Assembly (NCBI GenBank): GCA_038891615.1
Contig: JAWADY010000001.1
Location: forward strand, 160,001 to 224,000
Direction: 5' to 3'
DNA: 64,000 bases
DNA from: Candidatus Woesearchaeota archaeon
GTDB lineage: Archaea; Nanobdellota; Nanobdellia; Woesearchaeales; ARS49
In this document: positions 10,044 to 20,521 of the stretch, piece after piece
How the letters are laid out: each line of letters opens with the position of its first letter
Numbering within the stretch: the stretch's first letter is position 1
Made by a program: the position numbers and the translations under genes
Notes under the pieces: model-generated
Database searches by the model: none
Told to the model about the DNA's origin: nothing
What the model saw: only the letters and a program-made list of their open reading frames with translations

Positions 10044-11105
10044 ATGCCTCCAAGAGATAAGAAGCCAATCGCGGACTATCTTAAATATTTTTTCCTCGCT
10101 CTCTTCTTCTTTGTCATTTATATTACTTATCTTTTTGTTAAGCCATTTATTGTCACAACTGTGTCTGGAGCACTGATAGCATTTGCCTTTTATCCTTTGT
10201 ACAAGTGGCTGCACAGAAAAATAACAAGCAAGTCAATTTCTGCATTAATTGTTTCACTTATCATTCTCCTTTTAATGCTTTTACCTGTAGTGCTTCTGGC
10301 AGATGATGTTGCCAAGGAATCAAGATTCATATACCTCCGGGTTAAACAGCGCCTTGCTTCTGAAAACGTACTTGGCCTAAAGTGCGATACTGATGAAGGG
10401 CTCCTTTGTTCTCTAAATCGTCTCCTTGGAGAGCCTGAAGTAAAAGCGTACGTGCAAGAAATAATAGGAAAGGGTGCAAGCTATGTTGTCATAAATATGT
10501 CGAAGCTTATCCTTTCACTGCCGCAGATATTTTTGCAGCTTTTTGTGCTATTTTTTGTTGTCTTTTATTTCTTGGTTGAAGGAGATGTTTTTATTGAAAA
10601 GCTTAAAAAAATTTTGCCATTGGCAAGACATCATAGAGAGCAAATTTTTGAAAAGATAAGTTCAATGACTTCTGCTGTGTTGTATGGAAGCATAGTTGTC
10701 GCGCTATTACAAGGTCTACTTGGGGGAATTGGTTTTCTTATCTTTAAAGCAGGCTCACCAATAATCTGGGGACTTGTAATGACAATATTTTCACTAGTTC
10801 CATTTGTTGGAACAGCAGCAATTTGGGTCCCTGCTGGAATAAATCTTATAGTCTCTGGCAATCAAGCAAATGGAATTGGCTTGCTAATCTATGGTACACT
10901 TATTATTTCGTCACTAGATAACTTGCTAAGACCAAAACTGATAGGGGGCAAGGCAAAAGTTCATCCGGTGCTTGTGCTGCTAGGTGCGCTTGGCGGTATA
11001 GCATTCATAGGTCCTGTTGGTTTCTTGATAGGCCCAATTGTTACTGCGCTGCTTAAGGCATTTGTTGACATTTACGAGACAGAACACGTAGCGGGTCATA
11101 TGTAA
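10044..11105 (+). CDS. AI-2E family (PerM/UPF0118) transporter
   Basis: Multiple TM segments; DNLLRPKLIG, HP.LVLLG.LGG, G.LIGP motifs. Confidence 0.92.
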   Translation: MPPRDKKPIADYLKYFFLALFFFVIYITYLFVKPFIVTTVSGALIAFAFYPLYKWLHRKITSKSISALIVSLIILLLMLLPVVLLADDVAKESRFIYLRVKQRLASENVLGLKCDTDEGLLCSLNRLLGEPEVKAYVQEIIGKGASYVVINMSKLILSLPQIFLQLFVLFFVVFYFLVEGDVFIEKLKKILPLARHHREQIFEKISSMTSAVLYGSIVVALLQGLLGGIGFLIFKAGSPIIWGLVMTIFSLVPFVGTAAIWVPAGINLIVSGNQANGIGLLIYGTLIISSLDNLLRPKLIGGKAKVHPVLVLLGALGGIAFIGPVGFLIGPIVTALLKAFVDIYETEHVAGHM

Positions 11106-11136
11106 GTCTGAAGAAGAAAGCCAGCAAAGATATAAA

Positions 11137-12630
11137 ATGAAACTTATTGTAAAGGATATGGACATAGCAACTGGTGGAACGCAGATAGTAATCCTAAATA
11201 AGGCTGATGCAGAAGCACTTGACCTACATCCAATGGACAGACTTCTTGTTAGAAAGGGAAATAAGAAGACCATAAGTGTCCTTGACATTGCTGAAAGTGA
11301 AAAGGCTGTTCCAAGAGGGAAAATTGGTCTTTTTGAAGAAGTGCTGGATGCGCTAGGCGCTGTTGAAGGAGACATTGTTCAAATATCTTTTGAAAAAAAG
11401 CCAGAATCTGTTGGTTATATAAAAGAGAAACTTGATGGGAAAGAATTGAGCTATGATAAAATATACGAAATAGTAAAGGACATTGTAGATAATAAGCTTA
11501 CCGACATTGAACTTAGCAGCTATATAACTGCGAATTATACAAGAGGGATGACTACAAAAGAGATTGTCGCACTTACAAAGGCGATGATTGCAACCGGTTC
11601 TGTGCTGAAACTAAAAGAAAGACCAATTGTTGACCTACATTCAATAGGCGGCGTACCAGGCAACAGGACAACGCTAATAGTTGTACCGATTCTTGTAGCT
11701 GCAGGCTTGAAAGTTCCAAAGACATCAAGCAGGGCAATAACATCTCCTGCAGGAACAGCAGATACGATGGAGGTTTTTTGTAATGTCATGTTGCCAATGA
11801 AAAAGCTGGAGCAGATTGTAAAGAAGGTTGGAGGTTTTATTGTGTGGGGAGGCTCTGTTAACCTTGCGCCGGCAGACGATAGGATAATAAAGGTTGAATA
11901 TCCCCTTGCGCTTGATGCAGAAGGTCAAATGCTTGCATCAATATTGGCAAAAAAGCTTTCAGTGAATGCAACAAACCTTCTTGTTGAAATTCCGGTTGGA
12001 AAGGGCGCAAAGGTTGAAAGCTTAGAGAGGGCCTTGCATCTTAAGCATCATTTTGAACTTCTGTCAAAAGAGCTTTGGATTTCAACAAAGGTCATGATAA
12101 CAGATGGTTCTCAGCCGGTTGGAAGAGGGATAGGACCTGCTCTTGAGGCAAGAGATTGCCTTTGGGTGCTGATGAATGACCCTCGCGGGCCAAAAGACCT
12201 AAAACAAAAATCTATCGAAATGGCTGGCGAGCTACTTGAATTTTCAGGTAAGGTAGCAAAAGGAAAGGGAAAAGAATTTGCAGCAACGCTTCTTGAAAAT
12301 GGAAGTGCTTACAAAAAATTTTCCGAAATAATATCAGCACAGGAAGGAAAGCTCACATTGCCTGACGATATACTTCTGGGCAACAATGTGTATGAGGTTC
12401 GGTCAGAAACGAAGGGAATTGTCAAAAGGATCGAAAATGCTGTTGTGACAAAGATAGCAAGGCTGGCTGGCGCGCCAATTGACAAGAGGGCAGGTTTATA
12501 TCTTCACAAAAAGTCAGGAGAATCGGTTTCAAAAGGTGAGATTTTGTTTACAATTTACGCAGAAAGTGCGGAAAAGCTTAAATATGCTGTTGATGTTGCA
12601 AAAAAGATGCCTGCATTTGTTATCGAATAA
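11137..12630 (+). CDS. AMP phosphorylase (thymidine phosphorylase family)
   Basis: N-terminal beta-barrel, HSIGGVPGN, KTSSRAITSPAGTADTME, QPVGRGIGPALEA. Confidence 0.93.
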   Translation: MKLIVKDMDIATGGTQIVILNKADAEALDLHPMDRLLVRKGNKKTISVLDIAESEKAVPRGKIGLFEEVLDALGAVEGDIVQISFEKKPESVGYIKEKLDGKELSYDKIYEIVKDIVDNKLTDIELSSYITANYTRGMTTKEIVALTKAMIATGSVLKLKERPIVDLHSIGGVPGNRTTLIVVPILVAAGLKVPKTSSRAITSPAGTADTMEVFCNVMLPMKKLEQIVKKVGGFIVWGGSVNLAPADDRIIKVEYPLALDAEGQMLASILAKKLSVNATNLLVEIPVGKGAKVESLERALHLKHHFELLSKELWISTKVMITDGSQPVGRGIGPALEARDCLWVLMNDPRGPKDLKQKSIEMAGELLEFSGKVAKGKGKEFAATLLENGSAYKKFSEIISAQEGKLTLPDDILLGNNVYEVRSETKGIVKRIENAVVTKIARLAGAPIDKRAGLYLHKKSGESVSKGEILFTIYAESAEKLKYAVDVAKKMPAFVIE

Positions 12631-12673
12631 AAAAGAAAAATAAAAAATTTGTAGGACTTAAAAAGGGGTTAGT

Positions 12674-13129
12674 GTGGCAAGAATTTTCGGCTACGAAATA
12701 ACAGATACAGACAAGGCATACCTGCTCATACTAGTTTATTTTGTAGGAGTTATACTTATATGGCGAGGGATATGGGAAATAAATGACCGCATTCCAATTC
12801 TTAAAAGCCCTTATGTCTCACTCTTTTTGGGACTTCTTATTCTGACACTTACGGGTTACATATTTAGAGAATTTGACCCACTAGCACAACGGCTCAATAG
12901 ACTAACAAGGATAGTTCATACAGTTGTTAGCGACATAAAGCGGGGAGCTCTTGCGACAATACATTATTATGATGAGGTGCACAAGAAGCACAAAAAAATT
13001 GACCCAAAATCAATAATGCGGGTAGAGCATGGTTATATCGTTACAAAAGACAAATGTGGTGAACACTTTGTCCCAATGCACAGGGTGACCAGGATACACC
13101 ACAAAGGCAAAATCATTTGGCGCAAATAG
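12674..13129 (+). CDS. two-TM membrane protein with C-terminal MJ1316/DUF504-like domain
   Basis: Two TM helices; C-terminal VPMHRVTRI...GKIIW resembles the DUF504 IP.HR.......G...W motif. Confidence 0.55.
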   Translation: MARIFGYEITDTDKAYLLILVYFVGVILIWRGIWEINDRIPILKSPYVSLFLGLLILTLTGYIFREFDPLAQRLNRLTRIVHTVVSDIKRGALATIHYYDEVHKKHKKIDPKSIMRVEHGYIVTKDKCGEHFVPMHRVTRIHHKGKIIWRK

Positions 13130-13342
13130 TCACAAGACAAAATTCTATTAAAATTAAGCAAGAATTAGATTGAGATAGCAATCTAGCAATCAAATGTTAG
13201 CCATAATCGCTGTTCTGCGTACTGGAAGAAGGAAATGGCTGAAAAGCGAAAAACGATGAACTTAGGTTTTTCGCTAAACAAGCATCGCTAACTTTACAAC
13301 TTAGAGCTAGAGAGACTTATCTGTTCAAACTGTAATGATTCA

Positions 13343-14626
13343 TTATGAAAAACTGTTTAATGATGTTTGAGAATCCGAGAAAATGGCTTTTTGATTGCTT
13401 TTACTAGTTTGTTCTTTCGAAACTCTGATTTGAATAGCGTCAAGGATTGGTTTTCCATATTCACCATCAAAGCCAGGTTTAAAAGTAATCCTTTGCTCAC
13501 GGTTGGCAAGAATTGCATTGACGATTTTCTCGTCAACAAGAGCCGTAAGTTCCTCTGGTCTGGCGCTGATTAAAACTGCAAACTCTGTACCAAAGCGCTC
13601 AATGAGTTTGTTGTAAATTTGCCAAACCTTTTTGGAATAAACAGCAGAGCCCATAATTCCTGCAATTAGCTCAGATAAGGGGATTAGCTTCTTATAGTCA
13701 GCTGCACCATCTGGCTTGTAGCCTTCAGGTCTGTCTGCAAGCTCTTCGACTCTGTGCGCGACTCCAATTGTGACTGGTTTGGCGCATTTTGGACAAATCT
13801 TTTTGAGTGCGGCCGTTTCTTTAGGTGAAAGACAGACTCCACAATTCCTGTGACCATCATAGTGATACTTTCCTTCTTCTGGAAAGAATTCGATAGTTTC
13901 TATAACTTTTTTGCAGCGAATCGCCTTAATAAGCTCATCATAACTTATCTCATTAACATCAAAAACAGTCACCTCGCGACCTATTCTCCATGGCCAATAG
14001 CTGTGGCTGTCGGAGAAAGAGAGGATAGAAACGTTGTCAAGCTGTGAGATCCTCCAATTCATTGCAGGATCAGAACTCAAGCCCGTCTCGATGGCATGTA
14101 TATCTTTTGTTCTATCCTCAAAGCATTCCTTTAATGAGTCAAATCCCGACATTGAGCCAAAAAGGCTAAACCACGGGGTCCAGGCATGAGCTGGAATTAT
14201 CTCAATCCTATCATCAATTTCCTTCATTAGCTCAACAAAGCTTGGACAAGAAATGCCAAACATTGGTCTCCCATCATAATCAAGCCTTCCTTTCTTCGAT
14301 AATTGGACATTTATTTCTTCAACTACTCTAAAACTTGGAGCAAGAACGATGTTATGAATGCGCCTGCCCTTTCCCTTCTGGTTATAGATAAGTGAAATTT
14401 CGGTTTGAAGAACAAAAGGCATACCAGACTTTGTCCTTAGAATGCCATTTTCTTCGACAAGACTTTCTTTGAGCTCTTTAAGCCAGAGGGGGTGAGTAAA
14501 ATCGCCAGTGCCCAATAGCCCTATTCCTTTAATTCTTGCCCATTTTTCAAGATTAGGAATGGTCAAATCTTTGCTTGTTGCCCTTGCATATCTTCCATGA
14601 ATGTGTAAGTCAGCTACGAGTCTCAT
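13343..14626 (-). CDS. endonuclease Q family protein (PHP domain + Zn finger)
   Basis: DLHIH, GTGDFTHP, PAHAWTPW, ETGLSSD, SDSHS, GKYHYDGHRNC, CPKC, PGFDGEYG. Confidence 0.93.
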   Translation of the reverse strand: MRLVADLHIHGRYARATSKDLTIPNLEKWARIKGIGLLGTGDFTHPLWLKELKESLVEENGILRTKSGMPFVLQTEISLIYNQKGKGRRIHNIVLAPSFRVVEEINVQLSKKGRLDYDGRPMFGISCPSFVELMKEIDDRIEIIPAHAWTPWFSLFGSMSGFDSLKECFEDRTKDIHAIETGLSSDPAMNWRISQLDNVSILSFSDSHSYWPWRIGREVTVFDVNEISYDELIKAIRCKKVIETIEFFPEEGKYHYDGHRNCGVCLSPKETAALKKICPKCAKPVTIGVAHRVEELADRPEGYKPDGAADYKKLIPLSELIAGIMGSAVYSKKVWQIYNKLIERFGTEFAVLISARPEELTALVDEKIVNAILANREQRITFKPGFDGEYGKPILDAIQIRVSKEQTSKSNQKAIFSDSQTSLNSFS

Positions 14627-14644
14627 GTTTGCACGGGAAATTAG

Positions 14645-15613
14645 TTACGAAGCAATTACCCCTTTAAGGATTAGCTCAACAATTACAAAAAGGACATAAA
14701 GCATTAATAAAGCTATTCCCAAGTGCAAATCAAGCTTCCTTGCAGAGTGAATGAATGCTGTAAAAACAATCGCGACAGCCATCATAAATACTGCACTTGC
14801 AAGAAAAAGAACAAGATTCCCAATGATTGGATAGATGAGTGCTGTTACTCCAAGGACAGCTGTTGAATTCATCACAACAGAACCAAGCAAATCGCCCAGC
14901 GCCATTTCAGGATGATGCTTCAGAACGGCAGTTGTTTCAAAAATTAGCTCTGGAAAGGATGTTCCAATAGCTATGAAAAAAAGGCCTACTAGTATTGTAG
15001 GAATCCGAAGGTCAAGCGCCAATGCCGAACCATATCGTACAACATATTCTGCACTATAAAAAAGGAGAAACAATCCGAAAATAAAAACAAGGGGAGAAAG
15101 AACTACCTCCCATTTTGGAAAGCTGTTTTCAATTCTCCCATGCATCTTTGGTCTTTGCTTTACAAGCGTAGAAAGGTAAAAGAGAAAAACAGCTACTAAT
15201 ATAAAACCATCAAACCGTGAAAGCTCGCCATCAATAAACATGAGAACTACAGGGAGTGCAGAAATCAGCACCATCCAAAACGCCTGTTTTTTTATTTGAG
15301 CACCTTCAGCACCCTTTAGTGCAATTTTTCTGCCAATCAAAGAAATTATTCCGCCAACGAACGCAATATCAGCTATGTTTGAACCAATAACATTTCCAAG
15401 GGAAAGAGCTGGTTTCGCTGCAAGCGCAGAGGCAATGCCAACAAAAAGCTCTGGCAATGATGTTGAAAAAGCCATCAAAATAAAAGCAGTAACAAACTCG
15501 CTAAGCCTAAGAAAGGACGCCATCCTTGAGACTGCACGGACAAGCAGAGAGCCGGCAAACACTAGCACAAGACAAAAAATTATGAATACAAGAAGATTCT
15601 GCAACAAGGCCAT
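14645..15613 (-). CDS. Na+/Ca2+ (CaCA family) antiporter
   Basis: Two alpha repeats: STSLPE...GNVIGSN and GTSFPE...GDLLGS. Confidence 0.93.
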   Translation of the reverse strand: MALLQNLLVFIIFCLVLVFAGSLLVRAVSRMASFLRLSEFVTAFILMAFSTSLPELFVGIASALAAKPALSLGNVIGSNIADIAFVGGIISLIGRKIALKGAEGAQIKKQAFWMVLISALPVVLMFIDGELSRFDGFILVAVFLFYLSTLVKQRPKMHGRIENSFPKWEVVLSPLVFIFGLFLLFYSAEYVVRYGSALALDLRIPTILVGLFFIAIGTSFPELIFETTAVLKHHPEMALGDLLGSVVMNSTAVLGVTALIYPIIGNLVLFLASAVFMMAVAIVFTAFIHSARKLDLHLGIALLMLYVLFVIVELILKGVIAS

Positions 15614-15705
15614 TTTAAAAACAAACAAATAATAGTTTTTATAGTTTTCTATGAACGGTATCAAAATTCGCAAAAAATATAAACTTATTGCATTTTAATA
15701 AAAAA

Positions 15706-16659
15706 ATGGCGAGCGTTCATATAGAAAAAACTGCAACTAACTATGTGCTTACGCTGGTTAATACTTTTGAATGTCTTGAGTCCTTAAAGAAAAAATATGA
15801 AATTGCGCAGAAGAACATTAGCGAACTAGAAAGGCTTGTTTTGCAACCATTTAAGGAAGCGTTGGTGAGAGATCTTCTAAAAGATAAGTCAGTGGGTTGG
15901 ATGGGTAGTGAAAAGAGGGTTAGCTGTATCAAAAAAAAGGTTTACGAGTACAGCGATTGGTATGCAGAGGTTAAAATCGTAAAACAGCAGAAAAAACATG
16001 CCTATAAACAATACATTGATGAATTTCTGAGATATACCAGCAATGTTGAGCATGATGTTAGGATTGGAAACAGGCTACCTTATGCAGAGCTTGAGAAAGA
16101 AAGCGTTTACATATTGGCTAAGCATTTGAACACGAAGCTTCAGTGGTATTTTGACCGAGAGACAGAAAAAGAAAATAAGGCAAGCATAAAGTTTGGTTCA
16201 AAAAAGCCATTGAATATCAGTGAGATAACTTTGTTCCCATGTGAAGATTATTCAAAATTAAACGAAAGGAATTTTGAAATTGCGGTAAAGGCTGATTATT
16301 TTGTTGGGCGAGAGAAAGAGGTCGTCAAACAATATGAAGAAAAGGTCAAAGAAAGAATTGCAGAGAGTGCTGCAATAAAACCTGAAGAAGGGAAATTTCC
16401 TCAAAAATCAGTAGCAATTGAAAGTGAAGGATACGAGGTTGAAATCGAACCAAGAACGAGCGTAAGTTATGCAGATGTTTTTAATTCGGTAAAAAATGAT
16501 TTACTTGAGATATCAAAAGGGAATTACGAAGGTAGAGAAGCTTATTCCCCTAGAAAGTTGAAAGGAAAGCATTTTGTGGAAGCTGAAAAAACGATAATAC
16601 ATGTTAATATGCTTTGCAATAATTGGGGAGTAAAGAAAATTGCTTACTATTTCTACTGA
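15706..16659 (+). CDS. hypothetical protein
   Basis: Long E/K-rich ORF; no recognisable motif. Confidence 0.65.
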   Translation: MASVHIEKTATNYVLTLVNTFECLESLKKKYEIAQKNISELERLVLQPFKEALVRDLLKDKSVGWMGSEKRVSCIKKKVYEYSDWYAEVKIVKQQKKHAYKQYIDEFLRYTSNVEHDVRIGNRLPYAELEKESVYILAKHLNTKLQWYFDRETEKENKASIKFGSKKPLNISEITLFPCEDYSKLNERNFEIAVKADYFVGREKEVVKQYEEKVKERIAESAAIKPEEGKFPQKSVAIESEGYEVEIEPRTSVSYADVFNSVKNDLLEISKGNYEGREAYSPRKLKGKHFVEAEKTIIHVNMLCNNWGVKKIAYYFY

Positions 16660-16740
16660 AATAATTTTTGCAAAAATGATACAGTCATTACGGTGCAATC
16701 AAACAAAACATTTATTAATATTAATCAGATGATGCCAATT

Positions 16741-17289
16741 ATGGAAACAGGGTACAAAGTTTGTGATGCAATGACAGAGCAGCCTGTCACCATAAGTCCC
16801 GATGCAACTCTGCAGCAGTGCGCCTTGCTAATGTCAAAGGAACATGTCGGAGCCCTGCTCGTAAAAGAAGGAGAGAAGATTGTTGGCATATTGACAGAAC
16901 GGGACATTGTCAGAAAGGCTGTTGCCAAAAATGTAAGTCCGTCTTCAAAAAAGGCTCGCGACATAATGGAAACCGCACTAAAAACAATAAGCCCAGAAAA
17001 GGATATTCTTGAAGCGTTAAAAATAATGCGTGACTATAACATAAGGCATCTTCCGGTTATTGACAGAGGAAAATTTCTTGGAGTTATAACACTAAAAGAC
17101 ATATTGAAAATACATCCAGAACTATTTGAGATAATGGTTGAGAAAATAGAAATAAGGGAGGCAGAGCGCAAGCTCGCAATCAAAGGAAAAGTGCGTGAAG
17201 GGATTTGTCAGAATTGCGGAAAGTATTCTGATGATTTAAGGTATGTTGAAGGGCAGATGATGTGCCCTGACTGCAGGGAAGAATGGTAG
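16741..17289 (+). CDS. CBS-pair protein with C-terminal Zn ribbon
   Basis: GILTERDI, IRHLPV, GVITLKDI; CQNC...CPDC. Start chosen downstream of a TATA-like box at ~16711. Confidence 0.9.
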   Translation: METGYKVCDAMTEQPVTISPDATLQQCALLMSKEHVGALLVKEGEKIVGILTERDIVRKAVAKNVSPSSKKARDIMETALKTISPEKDILEALKIMRDYNIRHLPVIDRGKFLGVITLKDILKIHPELFEIMVEKIEIREAERKLAIKGKVREGICQNCGKYSDDLRYVEGQMMCPDCREEW

Positions 17290-17339
17290 CCGAATGAGAC
17301 TTGTGCTCACACCTTTTCTTAAAACAATTTAAGCAAAAA

Positions 17340-17630
17340 ATGCAACAAAAAGAAAAAAGCATAGGACTGCGCATATTAATAAGAGGGAAAGTTCAAGGGG
17401 TATTTTTCAGAGACTTTGTGAAAAGGAGCGCTGACGCTCTAGGGCTAACAGGCTGGGTGCGGAATGTTTCAGATGGTTCTGTGGAAGTTTTTGCAGAAGG
17501 AGAGAGAAGCAAACTCCTAGACCTTCTAGAAAAATGCAAAAGAGGACCTCAATTTGCCGTTGTAGAAGCTATTGAAACAGAATGGTTCGAAGCAAAAAAG
17601 AAGGACAAAGGATTTAAAATAATTTACTAA
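17340..17630 (+). CDS. acyP: acylphosphatase
   Basis: GKVQGVFFR, GWVRN.SDGSVE, GP.FA.V. Confidence 0.95.
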   Translation: MQQKEKSIGLRILIRGKVQGVFFRDFVKRSADALGLTGWVRNVSDGSVEVFAEGERSKLLDLLEKCKRGPQFAVVEAIETEWFEAKKKDKGFKIIY

Positions 17631-18070
17631 AACTTAGGCGGATTGCGGGAAAGGTCTGTGATATCGCTCTCGTTTTCTTTTCCCTTTCTTCTAGATAGAA
17701 GATAGGCATAAAAGCAGTTAAGAAAACTATATAAAGAAAAAGCAAAAGAAACGCCTGCTATTGTTGATTTCTTTTCAATATCTTTAAAACTAAGAACCAT
17801 TACTGGATTACTCCTAAGATAGCTGAGCTCATTTACTTTTTCAATATAGAGCATTTTCACTTTGCCTTCTAAAGCAGCCAAGTCGTACAAAGTCACCTTT
17901 TTTAATTCGTCCTCAAGAAATTTAATCCGTGTTGCGGCCTTCACTGCAGGACTCTGATACGTTAGGTCATAGAGCGCGTTGAATCCAATCGCTCCAAACC
18001 CGATTCCACAAGTCAAAAAAATTTCGGCAGCAAACTTTTTTGCAATTTCAACCAAACCCATCCATCCCAC
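17627..18070 (-). CDS. hypothetical two-TM membrane protein
   Basis: Hydrophobic segments near both ends; convergent 4-bp overlap with acyP. Confidence 0.55.
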   Translation of the reverse strand: MGWMGLVEIAKKFAAEIFLTCGIGFGAIGFNALYDLTYQSPAVKAATRIKFLEDELKKVTLYDLAALEGKVKMLYIEKVNELSYLRSNPVMVLSFKDIEKKSTIAGVSFAFSLYSFLNCFYAYLLSRRKGKENESDITDLSRNPPKF

Positions 18071-18201
18071 CCCATTTTATTTGAACTTCAAGCTCTTATT
18101 AAAGCTTTCTAAAATATTCATAGATGCGGAAACTGGATGACATAAAAGCTAAATGAAATGAGCCAATAACCTTTAAATATGCACTTTTCAACTTTTTCTT
18201 T

Positions 18202-18286
18202 GCGACGGTGCCAGAGTCTGGAAAATGGGCGGGACTTAAGATCCCGTGGCTTAGTGCCTACGCAGGTTCAAATCCTGCCCGTCGCA
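18202..18286 (+). tRNA. tRNA-Leu(TAA), no intron
   Basis: GCGACGG/CCGTCGC + A73; CGGGA-CT-TAA-GA-TCCCG; long variable arm; GGTTCAAATCC. Confidence 0.95.
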
Positions 18287-18366
18287 TGTCTTCCAAAAGC
18301 ATTAGATTTTGTGTTCAACTCAACCATAGCACAACCTTTTTAAACATAAAGCCTGTCGATGTGTTT

Positions 18367-19842
18367 ATGCCTAAAAGTGAAGCTGCAAAAGAAAGAAAAA
18401 CAGACGAAGGAATAACCGCAAATAAAGAAAAGGATTTCTCAGAGTGGTATCAACAAGTGCTCATAAAAGGAGAGTTGATTGATTATTCTCCTGTTTCTGG
18501 ATGCTATGTCATGAGGCCAACTTCTTACGCTATTTGGGAGCGCATCCAAAGTTTGATGGATGAGAAATTTAAAGAGATGGGTGTAAGGAATGTTTACTTT
18601 CCAATGTTAATACCAGAATCTTTGCTGAAAAAAGAATCAGAACATGTCGCAGGCTTTTCACCAGAAGTTGCCTGGGTTACGCAAGGAGGCGATAAGCAGC
18701 TTCCAGAACGCCTTGCAATTAGGCCAACTTCAGAAACGATAATGTATGCACTTTTTGCAAAATGGATACGCTCGCATAGAGACTTACCACTGAAGATAAA
18801 TCAGTGGTGCAACATCGTGCGTTGGGAGTTTAGAGACCCTGTGCCTTTTTTGCGAGCAAGGGAGTTTTTGTGGCAAGAGGGCCACACAGTATTTGCAACA
18901 AAAGAAGAAGCAGAAAAAGAAACCTTTCAAATTCTTCAGCTCTATCGCACTATTTTGGAAGATTTTTTTTCAATTCCTGTTATTGCTGGTCGAAAATCCG
19001 AAAAAGAAAAATTTGCAGGTGCAGAATACACCCTAAGCCTCGAGACCTTCTTGCCTAATGGAAAGGCAATTCAATGCTGCACTTCGCATCACCTAGGCCA
19101 GCGCTTTGGAAAGGCATTTGGGATAGAATTTTTTGATGCTGATGGAAACAAAAAGTATCCTTGGCAAAATAGTTGGGGTTTATCGACACGAACAATAGGG
19201 ATAATGGTAATGATGCATTCAGACAATAAGGGGCTTGTGATACCTCCAAAACTTTCACCCTTGCATGCTGTCATCGTACCAATCTACTATGCTGATTCAA
19301 AAAAGAGTGTTCTTTCAGAAGCAAAAATGATTGCGGAAGACTTGAAAAAAGCAGGGTTCAATATTTTAGTGGATGAACGCGAGGAATATACGCCTGGATG
19401 GAAATTCAATGAATGGGAATTGCATGGCGTTCCCCTAAGGTTAGAGATTGGACCAAAGGATGTCGAAAAGAAGCAAGTTGTGATTGTGCGCAGGGATAAC
19501 GGAGAAAGAGAAGCTGTGAAGGTTACAGAGCTTCGGCAAAAAGTTACCCAGCTTCTGGAGACAATACAAAAGGCCCTCTTTGAAAAAGCAAAAAGCACTC
19601 TCACTGCTTCGATATTTGAAGCAAAAGACTGGAATGAGTTTGTGGCAGCGATAGAAGGAAAAAAGCTTGTTCGTGCAGCCTGGTGTGAAAAGGTTGAGTG
19701 TGAAGAACAAATAAAGACAAAAACAGGTGGCGCAAAATCGGTTTGTATACCTCTTGAACAACCAAACAATATTCCAAACAAGAAGTGCATCCATTGCGAA
19801 AACAGAGCTACGGTTGTTGCCTTTTTTGCGAAGAGCTATTAA
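18367..19842 (+). CDS. proS: proline--tRNA ligase (archaeal/eukaryote type)
   Basis: FSEWY, RPTSET, PFLRAREFLWQEGHT, QNSWG, PGWKFNEWE, C-terminal Zn motif. Confidence 0.98.
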   Translation: MPKSEAAKERKTDEGITANKEKDFSEWYQQVLIKGELIDYSPVSGCYVMRPTSYAIWERIQSLMDEKFKEMGVRNVYFPMLIPESLLKKESEHVAGFSPEVAWVTQGGDKQLPERLAIRPTSETIMYALFAKWIRSHRDLPLKINQWCNIVRWEFRDPVPFLRAREFLWQEGHTVFATKEEAEKETFQILQLYRTILEDFFSIPVIAGRKSEKEKFAGAEYTLSLETFLPNGKAIQCCTSHHLGQRFGKAFGIEFFDADGNKKYPWQNSWGLSTRTIGIMVMMHSDNKGLVIPPKLSPLHAVIVPIYYADSKKSVLSEAKMIAEDLKKAGFNILVDEREEYTPGWKFNEWELHGVPLRLEIGPKDVEKKQVVIVRRDNGEREAVKVTELRQKVTQLLETIQKALFEKAKSTLTASIFEAKDWNEFVAAIEGKKLVRAAWCEKVECEEQIKTKTGGAKSVCIPLEQPNNIPNKKCIHCENRATVVAFFAKSY

Positions 19843-20042
19843 AGATAAAAGTAATTGTTTTAATCAAACTACAGCAATATTGTGTACCTTAAGGGTTCAG
19901 AAGCTGTAAAGACAATACAAGGTGGAGCAGTTGTTGCAGCAAACAAATCCCTAAGAATAACTAATTAGTGGCTGGAAAGATTTATAAAGAAGATAGGATA
20001 TGCCTTAATTAGGAAAGGTATAAATAATTTTTAAATTGGGGG

Positions 20043-20423
20043 TTGATTGTTGTGGCAAGAAAAAAGATGGCTACAAAAGTACGGAAAAAACCAGCAAAAA
20101 AAACTGTTAAAAAAACTCCTGCTAAAAAAAGGGCGGGTCGAGCAGTAGCTGTTAAAAAAGTTGTTGCAGGCGTGCCAGAAAAGAGGCTTGTTGGAAAGAT
20201 AACTCATTTCTATGACAGGATATCAGTTGCAGTTGTTGATGTCCTTGACACGCTTGCGATTGGTGATAAGATACAGATCGAAGGACATGGAAGGAGCTTC
20301 CAGCAAACTGTTGACTCAATGCAAATAGAGCACAAACCTGTCAAAACAGCAAAGAAAGGACAAAGTATCGGGCTAAAGGTTGTGCAATCAGTAAAAGAAG
20401 GCGACCTGGTATTTAAGGTTTAG
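20043..20423 (+). CDS. small translation-factor domain II-like beta-barrel protein with Lys/Ala-rich N-terminus
   Basis: VGKITHFYDRISVAVV, QTVDSMQIEH, KGQSIGLKV. Start uncertain (20043-20067). Confidence 0.75.
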   Translation: MIVVARKKMATKVRKKPAKKTVKKTPAKKRAGRAVAVKKVVAGVPEKRLVGKITHFYDRISVAVVDVLDTLAIGDKIQIEGHGRSFQQTVDSMQIEHKPVKTAKKGQSIGLKVVQSVKEGDLVFKV

Positions 20424-20521
20424 AGAGACAACCGCGAGCAATAGAAAACTTTAAATAGTAGTAGTGGCGAAAGAAAAGAAGATTTTCTTAAAAATTAATT
20501 ATAATTATAACGAGTGTTTGA

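Noticed and set aside
18208-18366. N-terminal extension of ProRS
   Set aside because: Reads through tRNA-Leu; the real start is probably 18367.
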